64,000 bases of DNA, taken from assembly GCF_964204865.1 (NCBI RefSeq), contig NC_135257.1, positions 15,872,001 to 15,936,000 of the forward strand, given 5' to 3'. The position numbers and the translations under genes were made by a program. Within the stretch, counting starts at the first letter, position 1. The number at the start of each line of letters is the position of its first letter. Positions 37,293 to 60,684 of this stretch are shown one piece after another. Source of the DNA: Styela clava (Eukaryota). A model generated the notes under the pieces. It worked only from the letters and a program-made list of their open reading frames with translations, was not told where the DNA came from and searched no databases.

Positions 37293-38132
37293 GTATACTT
37301 ATTATATTATACCAGAGTATTTGGGACTCTGGGATTTGAAAGTACACTTGCGAAACCCATTAATAATACTTGGGGAACCCTAGGGTTGCGCGGGACGACA
37401 CCGGTAGAAAACCACGATATTAAAAAAACGCACAGAAAGAAAATTATGCCACTGATTTGTACCTTTAATTGGCGGTTTTAACCTGTGGTAACCGTGACTC
37501 AATTTGTTAATCAGTTTAGTCACCCACCTATTGATAATTCAAATAAGCTGCTCACAAATGACATTTGTTTATGCCCGCATAATAGCTGTTTGAGAGTAAA
37601 TTAGATTCATCGGTCCCGCGTAGAAAGCTGTCGACATCGTCAGTGATCGACTGAAAGCACACGTTCCATATCCTAATATAAACAAAAAAGTTTATTTATT
37701 GTGCATCCGATTATTCGTCACCAGCCAGCGTGAGAAAATGGCAACAGTGTCGTTTACGAGACCTTCGCAACAAGCCATGCCGTCGAGACTTTGCCCCTGG
37801 CATGGAAACGTATTTATAGTTGAACTTTTCAAATTACCTACTACCCAGTCATGGGCCATGCTTAGATAGTACTAGTATTACATGACACCAGCGAATGTCG
37901 TATAAAATGAGGCGTGGGAAGGGCGTCAACTTTGAAGTTCATTTCATCTGACATGTTTATTGCATATTGTATATTTTACGTAGTAACGTAGGAATAATGT
38001 AACGGTAACGTTAGATCCTAACCTTTTTCTTTGCAATTTTTGCTCGTTGACTGTGCGATTATAACAGAATCTAGTTGCATTCACTTGGTGAGCGAGCTCG
38101 ATTACGAGATTTCGCTTTACTAGCAAAAGAAT

Positions 38133-48110
<9,978 letters not shown>

Positions 48111-50368
48111 TGGACTTCAATCGTTTTGACTCCGATCCGAGGTTGAAAAAATTGCGACTCCAAAAATCTGAAATCTGAAAATATTGAACTATGATAACAG
48201 AAACCTTGGCAAATGCAAGCCTTCTTTGACATACTGTTAAGAATACTTTCAGTTTTAATTGCGACTACTGCTCCGAGCCCTTGGAAGATACTTAATTGAT
48301 CTGTTATTAACTGTGCCATCTATCTGCCAAGATGTGTAGTAAATTTTGTTAAATATTATGAATTTATCAGTATAACCAACCAATGTATATATATTGGGAA
48401 TTCATAAACACTCGAGTTGTTTACCTATAATCTATTTTTGAGGTCAAATATGCAATTCCTTGCTTTCTATGATTGAATATACAACTTGGACTGATTCATT
48501 CCGTGATCACATTCTCAACTGTGAATATCACCTGTCAAAAATATTCCCTGTTTACACAATGGAATAAATAAAACAATGGAGATAGGTGATAGGGAGTTCA
48601 TCAGCCATGCATTAGATATAACTTACTTATATGATTGAAGTGCAATATTAAAAACCATGATTGTCTTTAAGTTTTTGATGCTTTTATTTAGTTTTATATC
48701 CTAATTTTATTCAAGTGTTTTTTCATATTTTTATATAATTATAAACTTTATAATACAGTATAAAGAAATGACTCAAGTGGTGTAATGCACAATGTTAGAA
48801 AACGGTTGCTAAAGTAATATCTTGGTATTGAGATATATAAGAGACACATTGATTTTTATACAGATACGGTTCTCTGGTTCGGCTAAATGAATAAAGATTC
48901 TGGCAATGGTATTAGGAAAGTAATCATAAAAACCTACGCGTTTGTGTGATCACCCTTTGTGCATTCGCGTTATCAAATCGCAATCGTCACAGCAAATTTT
49001 GCGCTCCCCTTCCGAAGATTTTCTCCTCATAGTAGACGATTTAATTCCTAAAAAAGAATACAATATTTAGTACAGTACAGTATTTAGGCAGGAAGGTTCG
49101 TATCTGACAAAATAGATGTATTTTTAAAAACGTCATCTGGTGGATTGCCAGCCGTATAACTGGCCTCGCCAGGCTAAGTAAAGCCATTCATAGAGTTTTA
49201 TCAAATAAACAGCATATTTGAGCAAAGTGATTCCTGGTTACGCCAGTGGCAAGACATCATCTCAAATCGAATAAACAGGCAGGACTAAAGTAATATATAA
49301 AAGTCATCGTATATAATGGAATGTGGAGTAGAACAGTCGTGTAGCCACGTGACTGTCGGCCACGTCATTTTGATGGCACATTAGAAGCCGGTAATATCGA
49401 TAATTATCAATGATGCGAAATTTTACATTCCCGTAGTCACAAAACACTTTTAGTGTGGAAATCGTCACACTTATAATAGTTGGATTAGAACAACGTCCAA
49501 CGGAGCTTGGTACTCACAAAGTCCTAAGTTGGAGATTATGAGAAGCCCTAAACTAGGAAAAAGGATAAAACGTAAAACACTCTGGGAACTGATCGTTGAA
49601 GTGTTCATGGGGAAAAAAAACACATTTTTGGTCATAGCCAATAACGGAAATGAGTGCTTTTTATACGCTTCATAGCCGCGGATATAATTCCGTCAAGTTG
49701 CTTATTTAGAAAAATATATCAATTCATTGGATTTGTATTAGTATGGTTCGTTACCAAATCAGTCCCAGTTACGTTTCTAGTTCAATAAAGGTATCCTGAC
49801 AAATTCTGAAACTAAAACTAATCATAATTTGAACAAATTTCTTGAAAACTCCATGCATCGTCTGACAAATGTAACTAACTTCATTTTCGAGTCCCGAAAT
49901 AAAAATTATTACTACCGCTTCATAGTAAAAGAGTATGACAAATCATTTGCGTGATTTCTTAGATCGTTCAAAATAATAACTCTTCTATATAGCTGATTCA
50001 TTCGATGTAAAATCGCGGTAATTTGAACTAATACCCGGCAAATGAAGGAAACAACATCAAACACTCCAGGCCATTTCGACAATTAATTCGAGCCGTCAAA
50101 CCAAAAACAAAATTTCGCCCATGGCTAATTTTGCCCAGCTTATAACTCACAGATTAGCATTAGATTTTATACAAGTTAGATTTCGGTATTTAAGAGGGAA
50201 GTTTCTGACGAATATTTGAGGTATTTGTTAGGTACTGAACACTACAAAAGGAAAGAATTCGATTGTTATATTCTGTAAAAAAATGCAGGTATTTGTAAAT
50301 GCTGTCTTCTAATTACCCACGAGGTTGAATAAACTAATTTTCTGCTATTTTACAGAATTGTATTAAAA

Positions 50369-53300
50369 ATGATTATCTGTCACACAAATAAATTATATAT
50401 CGGAAATATTACTTGTATATTGCTATTAATGACATTATGGAATATGGTGAAGGCGCAGGTACCAAAGGAAGAACCAGATGCAAGTTGGTTGTTTGCATTA
50501 TTGATACATGTCTAGAACAGGAATATTGTAGAGTTATTTAATAATATTTTAATGTGCTTAATTGCAGAAAACGTTTCTTTTATTGATAAATATTATTTTT
50601 CGTTGATGCAGGTAGTCATTGCTAAATGGGTGCTCCCGAAGTATGTGTACCGAGTTAGGGTTCGGGTTGTGCGTAATCTTGGTACGAATACTCTCGGAGC
50701 GCCGATTAATGACTCCGGTGTTATGGACGCAAATTAGCATTTACCAATGCCGTAAAAATTCAACCATATGCCGCTCACAAATAGTGATAGCTAATTTTAG
50801 CCTAGTCTATTCCAGCTTTTCCGGGACTAATTTAATATTGCAACAAACTGAAGCTTCTCAAAAGACAGTGACAATTAAGTTATTTGATTTACAACTAATG
50901 TTTGTAAACACAATTAAAAGCTGACAAATATCACGCAAAACCCCAAAAACGTGGCCCTGCTCGAATATCTGTCTGAAATCGAAGCTCGGAGAAAAACATC
51001 CATTACGACAAATCCGTATTTATTATATTTACAGTTGAGTGCGTCGATACCAAACGGTTTGGCGTATGCGAATTTTTCAAAGATGAAGGATTTTGCAATG
51101 AACCAAAAACAATAAAAAAGTTGCAACGAAAATGTGATTATTCTTGTGGATGGTGTTCCAAATGTACGTATTCCAATTACTTTTGCCAAGCCAATGATTT
51201 GCACTGGCACACACTTTGAAGAGCAGTACTCTAGTTAAGTATCATTAGTGATAGTTTCGTTAATTTTTCTTTATTTACAATTATTATTAACCAAGTTTGC
51301 AAAAATAACTATCAGGTAGGGTTACGCTAGAGGTAAAATTAATGTTGTTATCATATTTTGCATCAGCAAAAGCGTGTGAAGATGTAGCACCTTACATAAA
51401 TTGTGAATCCTTGACGGAACAAGAGTGTCGAAGCAATGCACAATTTTATATTACACGATGTAAAAAATCATGTGGATGGTGTGACGGTGGACCGAAAGGT
51501 ATGCAAGCATGGAAAGAGTACTTTGTGAATTTGAGAACGACATGAAATTCTGAGTATATCTGGCTTGTAAATTTATGTGTGTAACAGTAACCAATTTTAT
51601 AAAATTTACTGAGATAGGGTATATTACTCATTTAGTAAAATTAAATACACCAATGCTATACAAACAAATGGTGTGTAATACTAGGTTACTTTCTCCACAC
51701 ATATGTAGAAAAAAATCTATTGCTAAAGAATATTATTTCAAAGATACTTGGGGACCATGGCAAGAATGGAGTGCGTGTTCAGTAACCTGTGGTTCCGATG
51801 TTGGAATCAGAAAAAAAACTAGAAAGTGTTTGTCGGATTCTTGTACCGGAAACGATGCAAAGCAAGGATTTTGTTCTGCAAATAAGCCATGTGGTATGTG
51901 GATTTACACAACTTTCAAATCTTTTCTTATTGAAAAGTAACACGGGTAAAAAAATCTTGAAAAATGAATGATGAAATATATATAAATAGACATAGCTTAC
52001 ATCATTCAGTAACAAGTCATCATTGTATTAAATATATTAAAGCGGTTATTGAACACGAAATGAATTCTATGGATCGTGATGTTATTATGTTGTTGTTAGA
52101 ATTCTTTCCCTCTTGTTCTTGTTTACGGTTGTTGTGAAAAAATTCGCTATTGAACCAATTGCTTTGAATGTTTTAGTAGCTGAAGATTATTGTTGTCACT
52201 AGAAGAATATTATTAATTTCAAAATTTTCTGTGGGCTCTATGTGATTCGTTTTTGAGGTGACATTTTTTGCGTGATGACGTCATCAACATTACAAATTAC
52301 GCACCGTGCCGTGATTCCTTGATCGCATCTCAGCGATCTGGTGGTCAGACTACCGGTACTGTAGTATAAAAATTCGATATTACTTCGCCTTGGCTTCCGT
52401 GCCCATATATTTGAGCATTGCTGCTAACTTGTTATAATATGCACATTGGCATAAAAAATGATAATTAGAAGATAATTTATTCGATTTCATCGTGCAACGT
52501 AATATTACAACGTGACCCATGTATTACCGCGTTAGTTTGTCGCGGGTTGCCCTTATGGTGGTCCTTTTATAAAATCTATCAAATATTCAATCTTACTTCA
52601 GTTGAGTGGAGCGCATGGAGTGAGTGGAACAGATGTAGTGTAACTTGTGGAAATGGAACAAGAGTAAGGAACAGAACTTGCACAGTAGAAGATGAATGCA
52701 TTGGACAAAATATCCAGATTACAAATTGCGAACTTTCTGAATGCGTCGGTCTGTATTGCGATGTTATTTCATTTGAATAGCACTGCACTACATCTTCGAA
52801 TAAAAACATATATATTTCTTATAATATAAAAGGGCAAAATGTCTCAAGATTTTTGCAAGATTTACGTTAAATTTTATGTGGTATAATTCTGTGTCGATGC
52901 TGTAAACCAGGGTTGTGCAACATTTTTTGTCGATGGTCCATATAACCAACTTCAGACATCTGGATGAGCCATACACAAAAAAAATCAGTTTCCCGATGTA
53001 CGATCAACAACATTTTATCTACTCTCCGACTGTAAATTAATTATGCAATGCCTGATCTTATTGATTCTTTATTACGGCTAACTACCATATAGTATCCATC
53101 ATGCATGCTATTGCTTTTCTTGCTGGGTTTGTCTGACCATGATCAGACGAACGTTCAAATATATATATATATCTGTGTTACTGTGCAGCAAGATTTTCTA
53201 ATCGCTTAGAATAGTTATCTTCACTCTTGCTACAGCATCTTTAAATTATATGTACACGTGTCGAGCAGCGCAAAAGCATAGAAGAAGGATAAGTAGTTTG

Positions 53301-56300
53301 TTCTGCAAAAACGCAATCGATAGCTCGAATCATATTATTTCCGTTTGTATCTTAATTGTACTTTGTTTCAATTATAGCCGGAGCAATACCATTTGACGAA
53401 TGGACGACATGTTCCCGACCTTGTGGGGGAGGATCCAGTATTTATATCAAATCATGCCCACAATGGGACAGAAAAATTTGTCCCAGAGAATACAAAGATT
53501 GCAACACACATGCGTGTCCATTCAGTGGGTATTTGTAAATCTAGTATTCGCGGGCATATTTACTTGTAGTGTCCGATTGTTACAGGATAGTTTATGTAAT
53601 TAGCGATTACATTATAGTCATAAAAGGATCTGCTCCAAACTTTCAATCTGGTTTGTAGAAAACTGCATCGAATATCGTTATGGAAGTCAATACACTGAAT
53701 GCTGTGATCAATCAGTCGAAAAACAATGTTTCAGGGTTGCAAAGAGAATTTTCGGTGGAAGTATCAGTTCAGCTAAACGATTCCCTTGGATGGTAAGTCA
53801 ATCATAAAATATTTCACTATATCAAACTTGGACACAATAATTCTATTATTAAATCATGTACATAAACCATGATTGAAAGGGGTTCATGTTTGATATAGTG
53901 AACAATTTTTCAGGCACGGAGAAATTCCTTTCCGATTAGGACGGCGATCTTTCGTGGAAAAATTTCCTCCGTCACTCGATTTAAATGGATGGTAAGGAAA
54001 ATTGAAATGTGTGTTTACAGTGACACCTATTTCAACATGGGTATAATAATGATAAAAAGAAGGCATAATACATAGTCAATATACACACGAAATCCTAAAC
54101 GTGATATAACATGGGTAGTGGGTCATGCAAAGGTTTGTCGGTTGTTGCTGTTGGTTTGGGGCTTTAAATAATAGTCGGTTTAATTAATCCTTCTTGGGCT
54201 AAAAGGATGAGGTGAATTTTTTTCTAATTACAGGCCCGAATTGAAGTGATTGGAGGAGTATTGGGTCCTAAAGCTAGAAGAACAATATGCGGTGGAACTC
54301 TCATTCATCCTAGATACGTCCTTACCGCAGCTCACTGTGTGGTGTAAGTTACCAATATTGTTTTTAAATAATTTAAGGAATTTTCAGACTTAGTCATCGA
54401 CGCTTGTGAAATCACGATCTAAGACCTCAAAAAACGTACATTTTGAGTTTTAAAAATTTGCTTATATATTAACCTTGGATGGTACAAATTGTTCTGATCA
54501 ATTTGTATGTTGAAACAAAAATTATTAGTACTCCTGTAGTATGCGAACCAAGGTGGCGGACACCGGAAAGTAGTATGTGTACTAATTCAGGGGTTCTCGA
54601 ACTTTTGGTCTTGCGGAGCCCGTGAAGAGGTTGACTATTATTCACGGAGCCCCAGAATAAATTTTAAAATTGTTACTTACCGATTAATATTCCTGAGTAA
54701 GTTAAAGGTACTTTACGAATTTAAAAGCTACAATCCATAAATAAATCTAAATTTTACAGATAAATTCTATATATGAAGGCTGTAAATTTGACACTTGACA
54801 AACATATTAATAAATTAGGGGTTGAATCTTGTCTCTTTTGATATTTTTAAAAGACTTAAAAGGTCGCTAATAACGTGCTCGATTGCATTTTGTTACAATC
54901 GCCGTTTGTTTTCGTCAGCGTGGTGTGTTTTTTTTTTAACCTTAACATCTTTACGTCGGTGTTTATTCTCCCTAAACCAAAAATTTCCTACGGCATATAT
55001 ATACATGTATTGTTTCACAATGACGACGATAATTGCTCTTTTGTTTTCGTGGGGAATTATGAGTTCAATGTGAAAACATCGTTACCATATTATAGTCATT
55101 GCTTGATCGGCGACGAGAGGCTAAAATATTTAATAAAGAGGTAAATCCGCAACTCAAATTCTTTGATTAAAAAGCGGCGTTATGAAATATTAAAATTAAA
55201 ACTTAAAACGGAGGATAACACTAAAAGTTTTGTTTTAACAGACTCACGGCAGATTAAAGCTTTTTTATACATTGTAAATCCCAAAATTTGGTGTTATGTT
55301 AGGTTTTCTTTGGTTATTCATCGTAGTAACTGAAATCGAAACACAGTCAATTATGCGCGCGATGTACCTTTTATCGATTCTGAGACTACCGACAGAGCCG
55401 CATGCATAACATAAATTTCAATTGTTCGTATTTTGCCCAGACCTTGTGATTTTTTAAACGGTGATATCCTTCAAAGAATCTGAGTGGCAGACTTGCGCGG
55501 TAGGAGTTAGTGTTGCAAAAACGGCTCAAATTTGTCGAATTCGCTAAATCTACCACGCAATCAGCCATGATTACGATTATGAATTAATCGGTAAGGGCAC
55601 AAATATCTTATCAAACTACTGGCACCGGTAGTAGGTATGTTCTTTTGTGGGCAATAGGACTTTGTTTCTAATATATTATGATACCAGCGTTGTTCAGGAT
55701 ATACGGTAGTCCACAAGAACTTCGTTCACTTAACTTCATTTCTCATTTCATGTCCGCGGATTGCCGTGGTAATTTGAGAAGTAATGATTTATTACATTGA
55801 ACACCATTAACCCAATGAACAAGTCATTTTAAATATGCCCGCATCGGTCATAGATTGCACAATTGTAAATTGTACTTTTTGAGTTTTAATGTCAAACTAG
55901 GGCTTTTTGTAACGGCGATATCTTGCTTAAAAATAATCTCGAGTGCGAAAAAACAAATCAAGTTTGACAAATCCCAAGATCGCAAAAATACGATTCCAAT
56001 TTATTTATTGTTGGCAGTTTATCACGTATTTTATATTATTTTAGAATAGTAATCTTTTATTTTAGTAATCCTAATAGTAATCTCGAATCAAACGTGAGTA
56101 ACGATAAGCACGATTAAATCATTTTAAATGTTGCTCGCAATGATCATGGATTAAATATTTTACGCAACAGCAATCTCGTTATCCGCTGAAAAATTTTTTT
56201 TTCAATCGCGAAGAATGTTGCACAAATATTTCCGATTCCAATTTTGCACCTCTCCCCCTCTTAAGAATCCTGGCTGCACTATTTCTTATGAGTAATGTCA

Positions 56301-59300
56301 TTTTTGAATTCCGCCTCTTTGCCATATTTCGAGTCTATACTGTTGTCAAATTTTATTAAAGATGTTTTTGCTTCTTTGAACAATTACAAAATTAGCAAAG
56401 TCAGTATTTTGAAAAGTAATAGAATAGCACGCGGAGCCCTTAGGTTCCTCCCGCGGAGCACTTTGAGAACCTATTTACTAGATTAAAATTAGGCCATAAT
56501 TTTGTTCCAATTGTCCTCATTTTAGTTCTATTACGAGTTCGGGGACTAGCCAAGTGACTCTCGTAGTATTTGTACCTGAATTTATGGCCTAACCCTAACC
56601 TAGTACACATACTACCTTCCGGTGTCCGCCATCTTGGTTCACATACTACGGAAGTACCAAATTATTGGCAAGTTTATGTTGTATACCAATTCCATTTTTT
56701 TCTGTTGAAATCTATAACTATAAGCTCATAAGGAACGTGCAGCAAAGGTAATGTGTAGCAGCATTACGGCGAATGAGATATCAATGCACAAAATATTTTT
56801 CTATTAATAGTATGAAATAGAGGAAACTGAACAATGTGCCAATGGTGGTATATTAGGTTGATTTAGTAATGTACTATTATTATTACAATAAATTCTGTAT
56901 TTTATTTATCAGAGATTTTGACCCAAAACAAATCAACGTTTTTCTGGGATCCGTAACAACAATTGATTCATCGTCTTTAATTCAAAGAATGTATGCTTCA
57001 AATTTTACAATTCATCCGAACTTCACTGAACCTGCTAATGATATAGCAATAATAACGGTAAGGACAAATGTTGAAGATAAAAAATATCTTCTTAGGCTAA
57101 AATACGTTCAACTTTGTTATCCTTAATTTAATATGTAAATACTCCTATGATATAAGCTGCATACGTAAAAACTTCTAATACGAATTTAAAACTTAAGATG
57201 AATGTGTTATAACATCTTTTCTTGGCAAAATTTTGTCCAATTGGTAGTTATAACATCTTTTCTTGGCAAAATTTTGTCCGATTGGTAGTTCATGCACGTA
57301 TAGATTGATCTAATATAAAGCATGATTAAAGTATAACATATTTATTCTGTAAATCCCAAATGTTGTGTCTGCTTATTCTGTTATATAATTTTTTTCTCAT
57401 TTTACTGCAGCTGACCGCAGAAGCTAGCATGACAAATAATGTTCGTCCACTTTGTTTGGCGGATGGAGAAAAAACACCAATAGATGAGAAATGTTACATC
57501 GCAGGATGGGGGCTAAGTAAGATGATTAGCTTTTTGACATGGCTTAACTATGTCGTCTATCTTAATAAACAGGCAAAGCCGGGATGAAAATTCCTCAGTT
57601 AAAAAAAAAACTAGTTAACTTCAATGTTTTTAAATGACTCTGATAGAGCGTTACTTTGTTGGGACACAAGAAAATTCGGACTGGTAGATATTTGATTCTT
57701 ATTTCGAGAGGGTTTTTAAAAGCACAACAAAAAACTGACGACTATCTGGCCACTCCACGAAAGCGAGCTAAGTTTACCGCCATGCCCTAAAATCGGTTTA
57801 AGTAAAAAAGTGCTACAGATAAGGTTTTGTTTTTTTATCAATTCTAAAAAAATCGTGTTTTAAAAAAACAATGGCTTGTTTCAAATCAAATTTTTTCTGT
57901 ATTTTTTGTATTTTTTATTGAAATACCTCTTGCATCGCCGCGAAACTACGCCAAAACGTTACATCCTGGCAGCTGCACACGCAGCCGGAATTATAATTTC
58001 AAAAATGTAAGTAAAACTTTTTCGGCAAAACGAGTGGGTTGCAATAATGAAGAATATGCTTATATCGGCGGTAATCTATACTGATATAAACGATGAGACA
58101 CCCTAGCCTAGCTTTTGTCAATTCTAAGAGTCCTCTGATGCAAAGACGCCACAACTAATCTGTTATGACACCATAATATGAATTTCGAGTTCATGTATTG
58201 ACATTTTTCTCATAAAATGATGGCAATATTACGGTTAATACTGTTCGGTTAATTTATGCTTAGCATACTTTGTTTTTATGGTCGAAGTGATAGAGTTTTT
58301 CAAGGTTATACAAACTCATTTATTCGATCGCATTTCAATTTTCGCAAGGTTGTTTCATCGCAACAGGGTCTTTTACATAATTGCTTATCGGTTGCGTCTT
58401 ACTGCGCCAATCACTGAACTACAGCTTGAGAAGTTGTGCATGAGCCTCTATCGATATTTGTGGCGTTTTGAAAGATTTATTGCAAATAGGAAGCGCTTGG
58501 CAATTTTTCACATCCATTTTTCTTCAACCTATTTAATACAAAAAATCAAATAGTATAGCCATTTTGAACAAAACAGGCAAAACCAAACTTGATTTAAAAC
58601 AATTGTTTTACAACAATTCCCTACCTACAGAAGTAAACAGGAAAGTCAATGATTGGGGTAACATCATCTGAATAATTTAATGAAGAATCGTACACATTCA
58701 TTTATTGAATGTCGATAACTTAGATCAGTCATTTAAATAGTAAATGAAAATTCTTTATTGACTGCAACATTTGTCTCTATTTTGTTCATAGTACGCGGTA
58801 TATTTCTTTCACGCGGCAATTCAAACATAATAGGTTATAGGAATTATTTTGGTAGAGTTAAAAAAAACGTGTCAAAAGAAGTAATTTTTACAATTAAAAA
58901 TTCAAGAAAGTACATTTTCTAATTTCCTACCATATGCTATTCATTGTTTTGAATCACAGCTCGATCAGGTGTGACTGCAAAATCATCACCAAATCTTTTA
59001 GAAGCCAGAATAAGACACTTACCATTCGGTGTGTGTCAGAACGTGTTCGCAAAATCACAATCACACAGTCCACATATGAATTCTGAAACCATGATGTGCG
59101 GTGGAAAAATTGACGGAGGAGTGGACACATGCAGAGTAAGATAATTTCTATGTAGGTTTCCTCATAGCTCGTGATGCCTTGCCTGAAAGTGGGATCTCAG
59201 GTCATCCACCGACGTAATTTTTAAAGCAAAGATAACAGTAGTTTAGTTCACATCGGACTTGAAGTGCTTCAAGTCAATACCACCAGGGGGGAACGGATAA

Positions 59301-59730
59301 GTCGGAATATGAATAAAGCTCTTTGCAATTGATCCGTCGGCTACGATTTGGCCATTTTTACAGAGTTTATATTTTAGAAGGACCGTATCCAATCACGACG
59401 AGCAATAAAGTACACAAGGTTGATATATTTACCTATCTGGAAATAATTTCAAAGATTTCCAATCGAGAAATGTGCAAAGACGATATTCTTATTTTAAAAA
59501 GTATTCCCAATTTTACACAGGGCGATAGCGGCGGGCCATTTATGTGTCAAAGATGTGATTCCTGTGAGTGGTATCTCGCAGGTGTAACAGCTTTTGGAGG
59601 ATATCAATGTGGGTCACCGAAAATTCCTGGAGTTTACATGAGAATAACTCATTACGAAGATTGGATAAACGAAGAAGTTGACAAATATGAGCGTTTCGGA
59701 TTGGACTGCCAATATTATAACAGTTTATAA
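50369..59730 (+). CDS. Secreted modular trypsin-like serine protease B (paralog of A): signal peptide-ShKTx2-TSP1x3-S1 protease; 12 coding exons
   Basis: Exons 50369-50483 (signal peptide ...CILLLMTLWNMVKA|Q), 51035-51163 and 51367-51498 (ShKT), 51744-51893, 52602-52748, 53378-53524 (TSP1), 53659-53792 (RVAKR|IFGG), 54234-54343 (TAAHC), 56913-57057 (NDIAI), 57411-57516, 58960-59135 (VDTC), 59521-59730 (GDSGGP to stop). Protease-domain intron positions and phases match gene A. Probable 5'UTR intron at 50289-50355. Confidence 0.88.
50629..50703. mobile_element. 75-bp minimal hairpin element of the GG-terminal MITE family
   Basis: GGTGCTCCCGAAGTATGTGTACC ... GGTACGAATACTCTCGGAGCGCC; flanks GCTAAATG/GATTAATG; loop contains TTAGGGTTCGGG. 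Confidence 0.55.
52908..53000. mobile_element. Partial second copy of the 3679-4015 MITE family
   Basis: CAGGGTTGTGCAACATTTTTTGT...TATAACCAACTTCAGACATCTG aligns with the reverse complement of about 3930-4015. Confidence 0.6.
54527..56658. mobile_element. GG-terminal (Merlin-like) MITE with about 58-bp TIRs, interrupted by a nested element
   Basis: Left AGTACTCCTGTAGTATGCGAACCAAGGTGGCGGACACCGGAAAGTAGTATGTGTACTA versus reverse complement of the right end GGTACTTCCGTAGTATGTGAACCAAGATGGCGGACACCGGAAGGTAGTATGTGTACTA; 8-bp TSD AAATTATT. Confidence 0.85.
54588..56475. mobile_element. About 1.9-kb hAT-like non-autonomous element nested in the 54527-56658 element
   Basis: Left end CAGGGGTTCTCGAAC, eroded right end TTTGAGAACCTATT, CGGAGCCC subterminal motifs at both ends, flanks TACTAATT/TACTAGAT. 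Confidence 0.7.
57206..57290. repeat. Near-perfect tandem duplication, 41-bp unit x2
   Basis: GTTATAACATCTTTTCTTGGCAAAATTTTGTCC(A/G)ATTGGTA starts at 57206 and 57247. Confidence 0.9.
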
Positions 59731-59876
59731 CATGGTTGTATCTATATGTACGGGCTTATACAAGTTGACTAATCTTCGTGGTGATAAACTATCTTTGCTA
59801 CTAAAACTGTTTCCAGCTGAAGGGGAAGCTCTATATCAAACTTTGATACAATATTTAAACTTTTGTAAGGAGAACG

Positions 59877-60192
59877 TAGGGCTGGGCATTTCTGAATACT
59901 TGATGATTTCAGAATCGAATCTTAACGATTGAATTACTAGAAACATAGAATACATCACTCAGACAGACTGCTGAGCGTCCACACACAATAAGAAACACGT
60001 TTTACCAATAACCCACTGCAGAAAATATTCCTATTTCATAATATCATTGAAAAAATTTGGCTTTAATTAAAAAAAATTGAGAAAATCATCTCGACCATTG
60101 GCTGAAAGAAAAAAACAAGATGGCGGGGATTCGTAATTTTGCTCTGAAACGATTCGAATAATTTACTATTCGATTCGAAATGCCCAGGTCTG
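59877..60192. mobile_element. hAT-like MITE (TTCGAAT-rich) just downstream of the protease B stop
   Basis: TAGGGCTGGGCATTTC / GAAATGCCCAGGTCTG; flanks GGAGAACG/AGAGAAAG; subterminal GATTCGAATA motifs like the 25739 element. Confidence 0.65.
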
Positions 60193-60684
60193 AGAGAAAG
60201 TAATGATGCTTTACATTTAAAATCAGTATGATACCTAGTATGCCATTTACGTCAAATAAAAATGTCGAAAATGTAAAATATGGGAACGCATCTCAACTTG
60301 GATCGCATTTACACGTATCAAGGCGAAAAGTCCTAATGAAATATTATAAAGAACACTATCGATGAAAAAATCATCATTCATCACGATAGAAAATGCAGCC
60401 AAGGTACAATATTAACTGTTCATTCAATGTAGACGCCAGGTAATATAACGATCTAGGGCAGTGTTTCCTAAACCTTATCCTGCCAGCGCCCCCTCGCACG
60501 CTCTACCAAGAATGAGCTGGTAAGAGCAATAAAAAAATAATAATAAAATTTGACCCGATCTCACACGTGATGATATTTTAATTTGATTTTGTTGTCAAAA
60601 GATGCAACACTGAAAAACTAAACATGGGTTCAAAGTATAAACCCAATGGTAGTGGAAAGTGGCGCATTTTCACTTCTGGAAATT

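Noticed and set aside
48190-48232. ATGA...AAA...TGA hairpin in the protease A 3'UTR as a SECIS for the TGA at 37142
   Set aside because: The stem is short and mismatched, and selenocysteine in a non-catalytic N-terminal tail is implausible; a SECISearch3 hit would be needed.
53618-53658. Upstream AG as acceptor of the protease B activation exon, which would introduce a TAG and imply a pseudogene
   Set aside because: The TAG is itself the end of a better acceptor (GGTTTGTAG|53659) that keeps the frame and aligns with paralog A.
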